Shown here in pieces: positions 1-10,908 of a stretch of DNA of 64,000 nucleotides. The stretch spans positions 1-64,000 of the forward strand of contig JAYZQJ010000019.1 of the NCBI GenBank assembly GCA_036149055.1, in the 5' to 3' direction. Position 1 is the first letter of the stretch. Each line of letters begins with the position of its first letter. This stretch comes from Myxococcota bacterium. Lineage in GTDB: Bacteria; Myxococcota_A; Polyangia; Polyangiales; Sandaracinaceae. Below the pieces are notes generated by a model, which saw only the letters and a list, made by a program, of their open reading frames with translations, had not been told where the DNA came from and made no database searches. The position numbers and the translations under genes are program-made.

Positions 1-80
1 TGGCGAGGGCCGAGGGCGGCGGGGCGGGGGCCGCGGAGTCTCGGTGGCGGGCGGCGAGCGGCCATCCCGCTGCCCCTTGG

Positions 81-127
81 CCCGTCGCGCAGCGACACTC
101 TCCTCGCCTCCCGCCTCCCCTCTCCCC
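81..127. repeat. 47-bp intergenic repeat A, copy 1 (inverted relative to 1699-1745)
   Basis: 44/47 identity to the reverse complement of 1699-1745, by manual alignment. Confidence 0.85.
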
Positions 128-178
128 GTTTTCTCGAAGCGCCCGTCGAGTGGTCGCTGGCTCGTTGGGCCTGGCTCC

Positions 179-216
179 CTTCCTCGTTTCCGACCTTCCT
201 CCCTTCCCGCGAGTGG
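179..216. repeat. 38-bp pyrimidine-rich repeat B, copy 1 (direct repeat of 1915-1952)
   Basis: cttcctcgtttccgaccttcctcccttcccgcgagtgg; 36/38 identity to 1915-1952. Confidence 0.85.
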
Positions 217-242
217 CGAGGGGCGAGACGGCGACGGGGGGA

Positions 243-1622
243 TCAGGAGCGGAGGAGGCGGGAGGTGAGCATGGAGAACATGATCTTGCAGCACTCGAAG
301 GAGCCGAGGCGGGTGACGGCGACGATCTCGCGGACGGTGCGGGCGCCGTCGACGGCGTCGAGCACGAGGCGCTCGTCGGCGCTCAGGCGATCGAGGTCGA
401 CGGAGCGGAGCGCCTCTTCGTCACGGCGGGGGACGGCGTCGAAGTCGCGGATCTGCTCCTCGATGAGGCGCCACTCGTCCACGCGACGGAGGCCCTCCAT
501 GAGGATCGAGGCGAGCGGGAGGCCGAGGTCGGCGTCGTCGGCCTCGGGGCGGCGGGCGAAGCGGACGAAGCGGTAGCGACCGCGCGGCCAACGGAGCGCC
601 TCGTAGAGGAGCTCGCTCGTCTGCTGGGCGAGGACGCGGTGGAGCTCCTCCGCGCTGATGTAACCGAGCTTGACGAGCTTCGTGCCGAGCAGGCCGCGGC
701 CCTCGCCCCGGTTCTCGAGCAGGCGGTCGAGGTCCTCGCGATCGATGAGCTCCTCCTTGAGGAGATATCGGCCGAGCCGGAACTCCTGCTCGCTCTGCCG
801 CCCGAGCGCGAGCTGGACCGCGCCGTCCTTCAGGCAGAGCGCCACCGACCGGCCGCTCGCCGAGGGGACCTTCTCGATCTCGAGGACGCCGGTCTGACGG
901 GTGTGCGTCAGCACCTGCAGCACCTCGCCGAGGGCCACGTGCTCGACCCGGCCGCTCAGCGCCACGTCGCCGTCGCGCCCCGGCACGAGGCGCGAGAGCT
1001 GGTCGACGCGATCGAAGAGCGCCTCCGGCTCCCACCTGGCGTGCATCACGCCGCGGAGGGTCTCGGCGTCGCCGCCGCTGAGCTCCGCGAGCAGCTCCGC
1101 CAGTCGATCGGCGAGCAGATCGGCCGCGTCCCGGAGCCGCGACTCGGACGAGTCGCCCACCGTCTCGGCGCCGCTCGTCGACTCCAGCGGCGGCGGCGGC
1201 ACGCTCTCGTGCACACCCGGCGGCGGCTCGGTGTCGTGCTGGCGGACCTCGGCCCAGCGAGCGAGCGCGTGGCCGGTCACCGCGAGCAGCGCCTCGGGGG
1301 AGAACGGCTTGGTGATCGCGTCGAGCGCGCCGGTCTGGGCGAGGAAGCCCTCGCCGATCTTGTCGGCCTTGGCGCTCATGAGCACCACCGGCACGTCGGC
1401 GAGGTTCGACACCCCGCGCAGCGCCTGCACGAGCTGGAAGCCGTTCATCTGGGGCATCACGAAGTCGACCAGCACCAGGTCCGGCACGTCGCGCTGCGCG
1501 CGCTCGAGCGCCTCCCGCCCGTCGGTCGCCACCGCCACCTCGTAGCCAGCGCTGCGCAGGGTCCGGCTCACCACCCGGCGAACCGTCGCGCTGTCGTCGA
1601 CCACGAGCACCCGCTGCACCAT
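243..1622 (-). CDS. Response regulator (REC) fused to DUF4388/PatA-N-like domain, 459 aa
   Basis: C-terminal part of ORF 243..3605. MVQRVLVVDDS...LVLVDFVMPQMNG...ITKPF is a receiver domain, followed by ALSGRVEHVALGEVLQVL..TGVLEI (DUF4388-like). ATG at 1622 has TACTCT 7 nt upstream. Confidence 0.85.
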   Translation of the reverse strand: MVQRVLVVDDSATVRRVVSRTLRSAGYEVAVATDGREALERAQRDVPDLVLVDFVMPQMNGFQLVQALRGVSNLADVPVVLMSAKADKIGEGFLAQTGALDAITKPFSPEALLAVTGHALARWAEVRQHDTEPPPGVHESVPPPPLESTSGAETVGDSSESRLRDAADLLADRLAELLAELSGGDAETLRGVMHARWEPEALFDRVDQLSRLVPGRDGDVALSGRVEHVALGEVLQVLTHTRQTGVLEIEKVPSASGRSVALCLKDGAVQLALGRQSEQEFRLGRYLLKEELIDREDLDRLLENRGEGRGLLGTKLVKLGYISAEELHRVLAQQTSELLYEALRWPRGRYRFVRFARRPEADDADLGLPLASILMEGLRRVDEWRLIEEQIRDFDAVPRRDEEALRSVDLDRLSADERLVLDAVDGARTVREIVAVTRLGSFECCKIMFSMLTSRLLRS

Positions 1623-1698
1623 CCGCCGGAGAGTACCCCACCGCGGCCCTCTCCTCGGCGCTCGCGACTCGCCACCGCTCGACCAGCCCTTCCAAGCA

Positions 1699-1745
1699 GG
1701 GGAGACGGGAGACGAGAGGCGAGGAGAGTGTCGCTGCGCGACGGG
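1699..1745. repeat. 47-bp intergenic repeat A, copy 2
   Basis: Reverse complement matches 81-127 at 44/47. Confidence 0.85.
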
Positions 1746-1914
1746 GCCCGGGGGCAACGGGACGGAGGCTCGCCGCGCCGCGCCCCCTCTGCCGGAGGCC
1801 GGGCACGAGCTGATCTCTCCACGCCTCCCCCCTCCCCCCTCCCTGAAACGCGGCGGCCAACCCCGCGGCGATCCGGCCGCCGCCGGCCAGCGCCCAACCC
1901 CCGCCCCCTCTCTT

Positions 1915-1952
1915 CTTCCTCGCTTCCGACCTTCCTCCCTTCCTGCGAGTGG
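1915..1952. repeat. 38-bp repeat B, copy 2
   Basis: Matches 179-216 at 36/38. Both copies lie about 25 bp past the stop of a minus-strand gene. Confidence 0.85.
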
Positions 1953-1975
1953 GAGCCGACCTTCAGCGAGGAAGG

Positions 1976-3841
1976 TCAGCGGAGGTCTTCGAGCTCGGCG
2001 GTGTTGCCCTCGTAGAGGACCTCGATCAGATCGGCGTGGGTGCGCTCGATGAAGCGCCGCCGGATCTTGCCGGTCGGGGTGAGCGCGCCGCTCGCCTGGG
2101 TGAGCGCGCTCGGCAGGAGCTCGAAGCGCTTGATCTGCTCGAAGGTGGCGAGCTTCTCGTTGGCTCTCTCGACCTCGGTAGAGAGGAGCTGCCAGACCCG
2201 CGGGTGGCGGAGGATCACCGAGCGGTCGCCGCCGAGGCCGTGCTGGTCGGCCCAGCGGAACACCGCCTCGCGATCGACCTCGAGGAGCGCCACCAGGTAC
2301 TTGCGACGATCGCCGAGCACGACCGCGCGGTCGATGTAGGGGCTGCGGGTGAGCCGCAGGGCGACGCGGGCCGGGGCGACGTTCTTGCCGCCGGCGGTGA
2401 CGATGATGTCCTTCTTGCGATCGGTGATCGTGAGATAGCCGTCCGCGTCGATCGTGCCGACGTCGCCGGTGCGGAAGAAGCCCTCGTCGTCGAACGCGTC
2501 GGGCTCCTCGCGCTGCCAGTATCCCGACGTGACGCTCCGGCCGCGCACCAGGATCTCGCCGTCGTCCTGGAGCTTCACGTCCACGCCGGGGAGCGCGCGC
2601 CCGACGGTGCCGAAGCGGAACGCGTCGACGGTGTTGAGCGTGGAGGCGCCGGTGGTCTCGGTCAGGCCGTAGCCCTCGAGGATGAGCAGACCGAACGCGT
2701 GGAAGAACTCGCCCGTCGACTTCGACAGCGGCGCGGCCCCGCTCAACATGAACCGCAGCCGGCCGCCGAGGCGCTGCTTGATGCGCTCGAACACGAGCCG
2801 CTCGGCCGAGCGGTGCTGGACCGCGAGGAGGGCGCCGGGCTCCCGGCCCTCCTGCCGGAGCGCGCTGACCTTCCGCCCCACCCCCATCGCCCAGTCGTAG
2901 ACCCGCTGCTGCACGTCGCCGCGGAGCGCCGTGTTCGCCTCGATCGCCTCCTGGATCTTCTCGAACACCCGGGGCACGCCGGCGATGAACGACGGCCGCA
3001 CCTCGCCGCACTCCTCCGCCGCCTCCTCGATGGACGTCGCGAAGCTGGTCACGAAGCCCACCCGGATCTGCAGCATCACGGTGAGCTTCGCGACGATGTG
3101 CGCGAGCGGGAGGAAGAGCAGCTGCTCGTCGCTCGGGCTCACCGGCATCACCCGCCGGATCGTCGCGGTCTCGAACACGAAGTTGTCGTGCGTGAGCCGC
3201 ACGCCCTTCGGCTCGCCGTCGGTCCCGGAGGTGTAGTAGAGGGCGGCGAGCGAGTCGGCGCTGACGGTGGCCGCGCGCTGACCGAGCAGCTCCGGCGAGG
3301 CCTCGCGGGTGAGCACGCCCCGCTCGAGCAGCATCTCCCAGGAGAGGACCGGGCGGCCCCCGCTGTCCGCGTCCTCGATCGACACGTCGAGCCGGCCGGC
3401 CTCGTCGGGTCGGTCGAGCCGCGCCACCCGCTCGAAGACCACCGCGCGCTCCAGCGCGGGCAGCTCTCCCGCCTCGGCGTCCACCGCCTTCGCGAGCTGC
3501 ACGGGGTCCTCGGCGAAGATCACCTTCGCGCCGCTGTCGCGCAGGATCTCGCCGATCGCGTCCGCCCGGAGCGTCGGATAGATCGGCACCGTCACCGCGC
3601 CGCACATCAGCACGCCGAGATCCGCCATCACCCAGCGCACCGAGGTGTGCGCGAGGATGGCGACCCGGTCGCCCGGCTGGACGCCGCAGTCGGCGAGCGC
3701 GGCCGCGACCGCCGCGCTCGTGCTCTGCCAGTCGGCCCAGCTGTGCCCGCGCCAGATGCCGCCCGAGCGGTAGCGGAGCGCGGTCCGGCGCGGCGCCCGC
3801 GCGACCTGCTCCGCGAAGAGCGTCAGGACGGTCTCGCCCAC
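1976..3841 (-). CDS. fadD: Long-chain fatty acid-CoA ligase (AMP-dependent synthetase)
   Basis: YYTSGTDGEPKGV AMP-binding loop, EGYGLTET, FRTGDVG, TDRKKDIIVTAGGKNVAP, LTPTGKIRR. Confidence 0.9.
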   Translation of the reverse strand: MGETVLTLFAEQVARAPRRTALRYRSGGIWRGHSWADWQSTSAAVAAALADCGVQPGDRVAILAHTSVRWVMADLGVLMCGAVTVPIYPTLRADAIGEILRDSGAKVIFAEDPVQLAKAVDAEAGELPALERAVVFERVARLDRPDEAGRLDVSIEDADSGGRPVLSWEMLLERGVLTREASPELLGQRAATVSADSLAALYYTSGTDGEPKGVRLTHDNFVFETATIRRVMPVSPSDEQLLFLPLAHIVAKLTVMLQIRVGFVTSFATSIEEAAEECGEVRPSFIAGVPRVFEKIQEAIEANTALRGDVQQRVYDWAMGVGRKVSALRQEGREPGALLAVQHRSAERLVFERIKQRLGGRLRFMLSGAAPLSKSTGEFFHAFGLLILEGYGLTETTGASTLNTVDAFRFGTVGRALPGVDVKLQDDGEILVRGRSVTSGYWQREEPDAFDDEGFFRTGDVGTIDADGYLTITDRKKDIIVTAGGKNVAPARVALRLTRSPYIDRAVVLGDRRKYLVALLEVDREAVFRWADQHGLGGDRSVILRHPRVWQLLSTEVERANEKLATFEQIKRFELLPSALTQASGALTPTGKIRRRFIERTHADLIEVLYEGNTAELEDLR

Positions 3842-3848
3842 GAGCGGC

Positions 3849-5483
3849 TCAGAACGTGACCGCGAGGTTCGCCGTGATGTCGATGTCGAAGAGGAAGGTC
3901 GGCACCTGGAAGAGGAAGTCGACCTCGGCCACGATCCCGAAGTTGCGGACGATGCGGTAGCCCGCGTACCCGCCGACCGAGATGTTGCCGAGCCCGCTGA
4001 TGATGTAGGGCGCGTTCGACCCGTTGCCCGGGGGCTGGATCTGGACCTGCCCCGCGCCGCCGCCCGCGAACACCGAGGCGTGGAAGCCGGTCTCGGCCGG
4101 GGGCGTCACCTGCAGCTCGCCGCGCGCGCCGACGAGCAAGAACGACATCGTGCCGTACCCGGAGATCGGGGCGAAGCGGGCCCAGGCGGCCACGCCGAAG
4201 AAGGGCAGGATGTAGTAGCCGACGGCGACGCGGATGGCGGGGTGGGCCACGATGCCGCCCTGCGCCAGGCGCACGCAGTAGCTGTCGAGGTTGCAGTCGC
4301 CGGTCTGCGGATCGACCCAGGCGCTGGGATCGTGCGCGCCCGCCTCGCGGGTGGTGCCGTCGCCGCGCGCCTCGCCGGGGCGCACGTCGTCGGCCGCCAT
4401 GCCAGGCCCGGCGACGCCGAGCCCGAGGGTGCCGCCGGCGTGGATGAAGAAGCGGGGCATGTCGCCGTCGTCGCCGCCGCCACCGCCACCGCCGCCGCTG
4501 TCGTCGGAGACGCAGAGATCGTCACGGCAGACGAGCCCGGACGCGCACTCGCCGTCCATCCGGCAGGTCGAGCCCATGCCGCCGCCGCCGCCGCCCGCGT
4601 TGCAGCCCGCCATGCCGGGCGGGCACTCCTCGTCGCCGCAGGTCTGGGGCGGCGCGCGGCCGGGGAGCGCCGGCGCCGGGTGGGACCGCGTCGAGACGAT
4701 GCTCACCTCGTAGGGGTCGGTCTGGGTGCCGGCGAAGCCGGTGGGGCTGCCGTCCTGGCCGAAGGCGACGATGTAGTACTCGACGCCGGGCTGGAACACG
4801 TCGGCGCAGGGGATCTCGTAGCCGTAGCCCCCCGCCACCGACACCATCTCGACCCGGCGGAACTCCCGCATCCCGTGCGCCTTGTAGAACAGGTACACGT
4901 GGGCCGGGCTGCCGGGGATCTCGACGTAGACCGGCACCGCGGTCTGGGCGAGCTGCTCGGGGACCGGCATGTGGGGCACGTTCCCGCTGCCGCCGCCGCC
5001 GCCGCCCGCGGTCCCGCCGCCGCCCGCGGTCCCGCCGCCGCCGCCCGCGGTCCCGCCACCGCCGCCCGCGGTCCCGCCGCCTCCGCCGCCGCTGCCGACG
5101 CGGGACTGGGCGAGCTGGAAGACGGTCTGGATCTCCGGCGTGGAGGTGAGCGGATCGAGCTGGATGCCCCGATCGGCCTCGAGGGCCTGGACGAAGTAGT
5201 TGAGCCCGCGCCCGTTGTCGGCGAAGCCGCCGATCGCCACGACGCCGAGGTTCAGGTAGGTCCGGGCGAGCGGGGCCCCGGTCACGTTGCCGCGCTGGGC
5301 GGTGGACAGGGCGCGCTCGAGCAGGCTCTGCGCCTGCTCGAGCTCCAGGTTCATGTACTGGTCCATCGCCTGACGGTTCAGGTCGAGCACCTGCTGCATC
5401 GCGCCCTGCGCGGACGCGGTCGTGCTCGCCATCGCGATACCCGCCGCGCAGAGTGCGGCGCCCCAAATGGCCATTCGGTTCAT
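3849..5483 (-). CDS. Secreted TPR / Gly-rich / Cys-rich protein with probable C-terminal outer-membrane beta-barrel
   Basis: Signal peptide (ASA-Q), TPR-like helices (ARTYLNLGVV), poly-Gly linker, Cys module, amphipathic beta-strands ending LAVTF. Confidence 0.75.
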   Translation of the reverse strand: MNRMAIWGAALCAAGIAMASTTASAQGAMQQVLDLNRQAMDQYMNLELEQAQSLLERALSTAQRGNVTGAPLARTYLNLGVVAIGGFADNGRGLNYFVQALEADRGIQLDPLTSTPEIQTVFQLAQSRVGSGGGGGGTAGGGGGTAGGGGGTAGGGGTAGGGGGGSGNVPHMPVPEQLAQTAVPVYVEIPGSPAHVYLFYKAHGMREFRRVEMVSVAGGYGYEIPCADVFQPGVEYYIVAFGQDGSPTGFAGTQTDPYEVSIVSTRSHPAPALPGRAPPQTCGDEECPPGMAGCNAGGGGGGMGSTCRMDGECASGLVCRDDLCVSDDSGGGGGGGGDDGDMPRFFIHAGGTLGLGVAGPGMAADDVRPGEARGDGTTREAGAHDPSAWVDPQTGDCNLDSYCVRLAQGGIVAHPAIRVAVGYYILPFFGVAAWARFAPISGYGTMSFLLVGARGELQVTPPAETGFHASVFAGGGAGQVQIQPPGNGSNAPYIISGLGNISVGGYAGYRIVRNFGIVAEVDFLFQVPTFLFDIDITANLAVTF

Positions 5484-5518
5484 GGTCTCGACTACCCCAG
5501 GCTGATGGAGGCGGCCCC

Positions 5519-6645
<1,127 letters not shown>

Positions 6646-6649
<4 letters not shown>

Positions 6650-6963
6650 CGCCCGGCCTCACGCATGCGGCGACGCGCCAGATCGCGCGCCTTGGTCCCG
6701 AGCTCGTTGGCTCGCTCCGCGAAGCGGATCGCGTCCTGGTAGTTCGCCTCCGCCGCCTCTTCGCGCGCCTTGTCCAGGTAGGACTGGGCGGTGAAGTACT
6801 CGTAGGGGGCGTGCTCGGCGGCGTTCGATTGACGCGCCTGCTCCACCACCTGCGAGGCGGGAATGCTGTTGAAGGTGTAGAGCGTCGGTCCGCACGCGCC
6901 GAGCAGCGCCAGCGCGGCGACGAAGCCTACGATCGCCATCACGCGTCTGGTGCGCCGACCCAC
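6646..6963 (-). CDS. DUF4398-family small lipoprotein
   Basis: Lipobox LGAC; AAEHAPYEY..AQSYLDKAREEA; 4-bp overlap with the OmpA gene. Confidence 0.8.
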
Positions 6964-7070
6964 GCCTCAGCTCCTCCCAGGACAAGCCCATCCCCCCGGA
7001 AACCCCGGAGAAATGCTGGCGGCGACGCTATCAGCCCCACCCGCGAGGGTCAACATCCAGCCGCGGCGGA

Positions 7071-7622
7071 TCAGCGCGCGCGGCCCGCGGTCCACAGGCG
7101 GCCGAGCAGGGCGGCGAGCCCGACGAGCGCGATGCCGCCGAGCGCGAGCGAGCCCGTGAGGAGCGGCCCGCTCGCGTAGCCCTCGAGCCCGAACTGGCCG
7201 TGGAACTGGGCGTAGCTCCCCACCTGGCCCAGGCGATCGACGTAGAGCATCACCGCCGCCGCCGCGGCGACGACCGCGACCCCGAGCAGCACGCCGACGA
7301 TCAGCTCGCGCTGGTTCCGCACCAGCACCGCGCCGAGCACGAAGCCCAGCACCCCGAGGCCGGCCTGAGCCATGAAGCCGACCAGCGCGACCGCCGAGGG
7401 GATGCGCTGCACGTCGATCGCGTAGAGCAGGAACCAGTCGCCGTGGAAGAGATAGAAGTACACGCTCGCCGGCACGACCACGAGCACCGCGTACGAGAGG
7501 TACGCGAGGAAGCTCCGGGTCAGGGCGACCGGACGCGGGCTCATCCGCAGCTCCTGGCGCCCCGCGAGGGACGCCGACAGCCCGCTGACGAACGCCAATG
7601 CAACCAGCGCGGGGAGCGGCAC
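7071..7622 (-). CDS. Integral membrane protein of unknown function
   Basis: About five hydrophobic segments; TAGATT 6 nt before the GTG. Confidence 0.75.
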   Translation of the reverse strand: MPLPALVALAFVSGLSASLAGRQELRMSPRPVALTRSFLAYLSYAVLVVVPASVYFYLFHGDWFLLYAIDVQRIPSAVALVGFMAQAGLGVLGFVLGAVLVRNQRELIVGVLLGVAVVAAAAAVMLYVDRLGQVGSYAQFHGQFGLEGYASGPLLTGSLALGGIALVGLAALLGRLWTAGRAR

Positions 7623-7668
7623 GACGCGAATCTAAGCGCGCGCGGGTCGCGCGGTCAAAGACCGTCGC

Positions 7669-10600
7669 TCACAACCCGGCGGGGCCCTGCCCTTCGGTCA
7701 TCGCGCGCGACGCGTGGGTCAGCACGTCCACGTCGACGGCGACGTCGAGCTCCCGGCCGCTGATCGAGCCGTGGCAGCCGCCGCACATGCCGTTGAACAG
7801 CTCGCGGCGGAACGACTGGTGGGACCGCTCGCCGGGATAGAACTGCATCTGCTCGCGCTGGATGCGCTCGCCGGTGAAGGGATCGCCCTCCTCGAACATC
7901 AGCGTGTTGCCCTCGGAGTCGGTGACCCCGAGCACGATCGGCAGGCCGCCGCGGAAGGCGAAGCGGGCCGATCCGTCGACGTTGAGGTCGATGTGCCCGA
8001 GGCGCTCGCGCCGCAGATACATCATGCCGAAGTCGTCGCTGACCACGTCGCCGCCGCTCGCGTCACCGAAGCCGGCGGTGCCCGCGGGAGGCGGGTACTC
8101 GGCGTAGACGTCGAAGCCCCCGACCCGGAAGTCGATCTCGCGGTCCTCGCGCGTGTTCTGGAAGAGCAGCGTGTCGAGCAGCGGGAAGTCGAGCACCTCG
8201 ACCTCCGCCGTCGCGTCGCCGGGCACGACCATGGTGTTGCCGTTCGCCTCGTCGATCCGGGAGTGGAAGATCTCGCGGTCGGCCCGGGCGAAGATCGGGA
8301 CGGCGGAGATGTTCGCCCGGCCGGCCGCGCCGCCGATCTCGCGCAGGCTCCCGGTGTCCGGGTCGAGCTCGCAGAGCCGGTAGGCGTAGCCGCCGCTCGT
8401 CAGGTCGCCCGCGCCGCGGTCGCAGCTCACCAGCAACCGCCCGGTGGGCAGCCCCGCCGGCGAGCGGTAGGCGCCGCCCGCGGTCAAGAAGCGCTGGGAC
8501 GCGATGTAGAAGCGGTCGCCGGGATCGCGGTCGTCCTGGTCGGGGCCGATCGATCGGTTGACGAGGACGATCTCCCCGGCGCCGTCGGCGGCGTCGAGGG
8601 GCGCGGCGACCACGGCGAGGTTCCGGTCGAGCAGCTCCACGATCTCGGTCGCCGAGCGGTAGCCGACGCTCCCGCGCTGCGCGAAGAGCGGGTGGTAGTC
8701 GCCGCCGTCCAGGTTCTGCCGTCGACCGGCGAGCTGGTGGAAGTCGGGCTCGCGCTTCTCGGTGGTGAAGATCACCCGCCCGTCGGTCATGAACGACGGC
8801 ATGAGCTCCTGGTTCAGCAGGAAGGTCAGCTGCCGCACGCTCGAGTCCGACGGGTCGTAGACGTAGAGGTTCGCGTTCGGCTGCATGGCCGCCGGGGTCC
8901 GCGTCGGGCCGTCCTGCCCGAGGATGTCGGCGTCCAGGTTGCCGCGGGCCGAGGCGAAGACGATGCGCCCGTCGGGGGCGAACGCCGGGTCGAAGTCGTG
9001 GGTCAGGATCCCGTGCTGGCTGTCCATCGCCGGGGCCAGGCCCGGGATCGGCTCGCAGCCGGAGCCGTCGTCGTTCATCCAGTAGAGCCGCAGCGGCGCC
9101 GAGCCGCTCGAGCGCGCGCCGAAGGCGATCCGGGAGCCGTCCCAGCTCACCGCGGTGCCGCGCAGGTCGGCGGTCGACGGGTCGAGCCCGCAGCCGCCGA
9201 GCAGGCTGGTCTCGGCCCCGAGGGACAGCTCGTTCGTCGCCGTGTCGACGGTGGCCGGCGCCAGGACGAGGTCGGCCCCCGGGCGATAGGTGTCGAAGTC
9301 GCGCGGCTCACCCACGCCGGTCGGGCGGGAGATCCAGGCCACCGAGCGCACGATCTCGGTGTCCGGGAAGATCTCCCCCGCCGCGATCGCCTCCTGACGC
9401 TCGATCTCCCACCAGCGCAGCATCACGCAGTACGCCGGGATCTCGTTCAGGTCGCCCGCGTCCGCGTCGACGCCCGCGCAGTCGTCCGGGGTGGCGCCGT
9501 TCGGCGCGCCGCCCCCCGCCATGCCGAAGTCCTCGAAGAGCGAGCCGCCGCGGTGGAAGATGCCCGGCATGCCCGCCACCTGCTCCGGCGGGTAGAGGTT
9601 CTTCGCGATGATGCGGCTCTCGTTCGGGTTGGAGGCGTCGAGCGCGAGCAGCAGCCGCGCGGAGTCCCAGTTGCGGTAGGTGGCCACCCGCGAGAAGTGC
9701 CCCTGGGCCCCGCCCTGCAGGCGGAGGTCGTGGAACATCGAGGGGCTGTGGCAGTTCAGGAACATGCAGCCCTTGCGCACCATCATCGGCTGCACGCGGT
9801 TGGCGAAGTACCGCAACCCTTCCGTCACCCCGTCGGGCGGCGCGATCGCCTCGGGCGACTCCTCGACCAGCGCGTCGGCCCAGTCCCGGATGGTCACGTA
9901 GGCGGGGTCCTCGGCGCTGGCGAAGATGTTGCCGCCCTCGTGGAAGACGCCGCCGCGGAAGGTGCTGAGCGGGCGCCGGAGGAGGCCGCTGGTCGAGGCC
10001 GGGGTGCTCAGGTGCTGCACCGCGACCCAGAAGTTCCACTGGCTCTGCGCGCCGCCATCGTCGCCGCACCCGAGGTAGAGATCGGCGATCGGCGAGCCGT
10101 GGCAGTCGCCGCCCGCGCAGGTCTCGCGGAGCAAGGGCTCGACCTGCCTGACGAAGCGGTCGAAGTGCGCGGGGAAGCGGTCGGCGAGGCCGCGATCGTA
10201 GAGCGGGTGCGAGCCCGCCTCGGGGAGGCACTCGCCCAGGTTCACCGCGAGGCTCTCGTCCTGCACCCCGGTGCGGGTGTGCCCCGCCTCGATCCACTGG
10301 CGGAGCTGCGAGTAGGCGCTCGAGCCGATGTCGATCGTCTGGCCGTTGTTGTGGCGGATGTCGGTGGTGACCGAGACGAAGCGCTCGGTCTCGTCGAAGG
10401 TCTCCACCCGGACGTCGATCTGATCGCCCGCCTTCAGCAGCAGCAGCGCGCTCGAGTACGGCCCGTAGGGCTGGAGCACGTCGTCGCGCCGCATCAGGGC
10501 GTCGAAGCTCGAGACGTCCAGGTTGCCGAGCGAGGTGCCGTCGTCCCGCGCGACGTGGCAGCCGCTGCCGGCCGGGCCGCGAGAGCACCCGTTCGTCAGC

Positions 10601-10707
10601 ACGGGGCCCACCCGCTCTTCGTAATAGGAGAAGTCGGGGTCGTCGGTCTGCTGGCAGCCGAAGGCCAGCGCCGACGCGCCGAGGAGGCAAAGGATCCGCT
10701 GCTTCAT
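7669..10707 (-). CDS. Large c-type cytochrome-like lipoprotein with beta-propeller (PD40-like) and HzsA-like C-terminal region, 1012 aa
   Basis: Lipobox AFGC; CX8CH, CAGGDCH, CMFLNCH and CGGCH motifs; HDFDPAFAPDGRIVFAS and ELMPSFMTDGRVIF blades; NVDGSARF..QFYPGE. Confidence 0.75.
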   Translation of the reverse strand: MKQRILCLLGASALAFGCQQTDDPDFSYYEERVGPVLTNGCSRGPAGSGCHVARDDGTSLGNLDVSSFDALMRRDDVLQPYGPYSSALLLLKAGDQIDVRVETFDETERFVSVTTDIRHNNGQTIDIGSSAYSQLRQWIEAGHTRTGVQDESLAVNLGECLPEAGSHPLYDRGLADRFPAHFDRFVRQVEPLLRETCAGGDCHGSPIADLYLGCGDDGGAQSQWNFWVAVQHLSTPASTSGLLRRPLSTFRGGVFHEGGNIFASAEDPAYVTIRDWADALVEESPEAIAPPDGVTEGLRYFANRVQPMMVRKGCMFLNCHSPSMFHDLRLQGGAQGHFSRVATYRNWDSARLLLALDASNPNESRIIAKNLYPPEQVAGMPGIFHRGGSLFEDFGMAGGGAPNGATPDDCAGVDADAGDLNEIPAYCVMLRWWEIERQEAIAAGEIFPDTEIVRSVAWISRPTGVGEPRDFDTYRPGADLVLAPATVDTATNELSLGAETSLLGGCGLDPSTADLRGTAVSWDGSRIAFGARSSGSAPLRLYWMNDDGSGCEPIPGLAPAMDSQHGILTHDFDPAFAPDGRIVFASARGNLDADILGQDGPTRTPAAMQPNANLYVYDPSDSSVRQLTFLLNQELMPSFMTDGRVIFTTEKREPDFHQLAGRRQNLDGGDYHPLFAQRGSVGYRSATEIVELLDRNLAVVAAPLDAADGAGEIVLVNRSIGPDQDDRDPGDRFYIASQRFLTAGGAYRSPAGLPTGRLLVSCDRGAGDLTSGGYAYRLCELDPDTGSLREIGGAAGRANISAVPIFARADREIFHSRIDEANGNTMVVPGDATAEVEVLDFPLLDTLLFQNTREDREIDFRVGGFDVYAEYPPPAGTAGFGDASGGDVVSDDFGMMYLRRERLGHIDLNVDGSARFAFRGGLPIVLGVTDSEGNTLMFEEGDPFTGERIQREQMQFYPGERSHQSFRRELFNGMCGGCHGSISGRELDVAVDVDVLTHASRAMTEGQGPAGL

Positions 10708-10749
10708 CTGAGCTCCAACCCGGTCGGTGCTCCCACCCGCCGCGGCGGG

Positions 10750-10758
10750 ATCATACCA
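10750..10758 (-). promoter_or_regulatory. Putative extended -10 promoter (TGGTATGAT) for the 1012-aa cytochrome gene
   Basis: TG-n-TATGAT about 43 bp upstream of ATG 10707, downstream of a terminator-like hairpin. Confidence 0.45.
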
Positions 10759-10814
10759 CTCTCTCCAGCGCTCCGACCCCGGGTTCTCCCGACGCGGACA
10801 CGCCCGAACCGTCC

Positions 10815-10854
10815 AAAGCGAGCGCCCGAGGAACGTGACGTCCCCCGGGCGCTC
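10815..10854 (-). terminator. Putative intrinsic terminator after the HEAT-repeat gene
   Basis: GAGCGCCCGGGGGACG-tca-CGTTCCTCGGGCGCTC stem followed by GCTTT; the U-tract is short. Confidence 0.5.
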
Positions 10855-10908
10855 TGTGTTGCCCTCCGTCGAGGGCTCTCCCCATCCATCCCCTCCCCAG
10901 GGGCGAAT

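Noticed and set aside
4985..5095. GC-rich tandem repeats (also 23510-23620 and 42755-42803)
   Set aside because: They encode in-frame low-complexity linkers (GGGGTA, ETEA, MPDGG) within genes.
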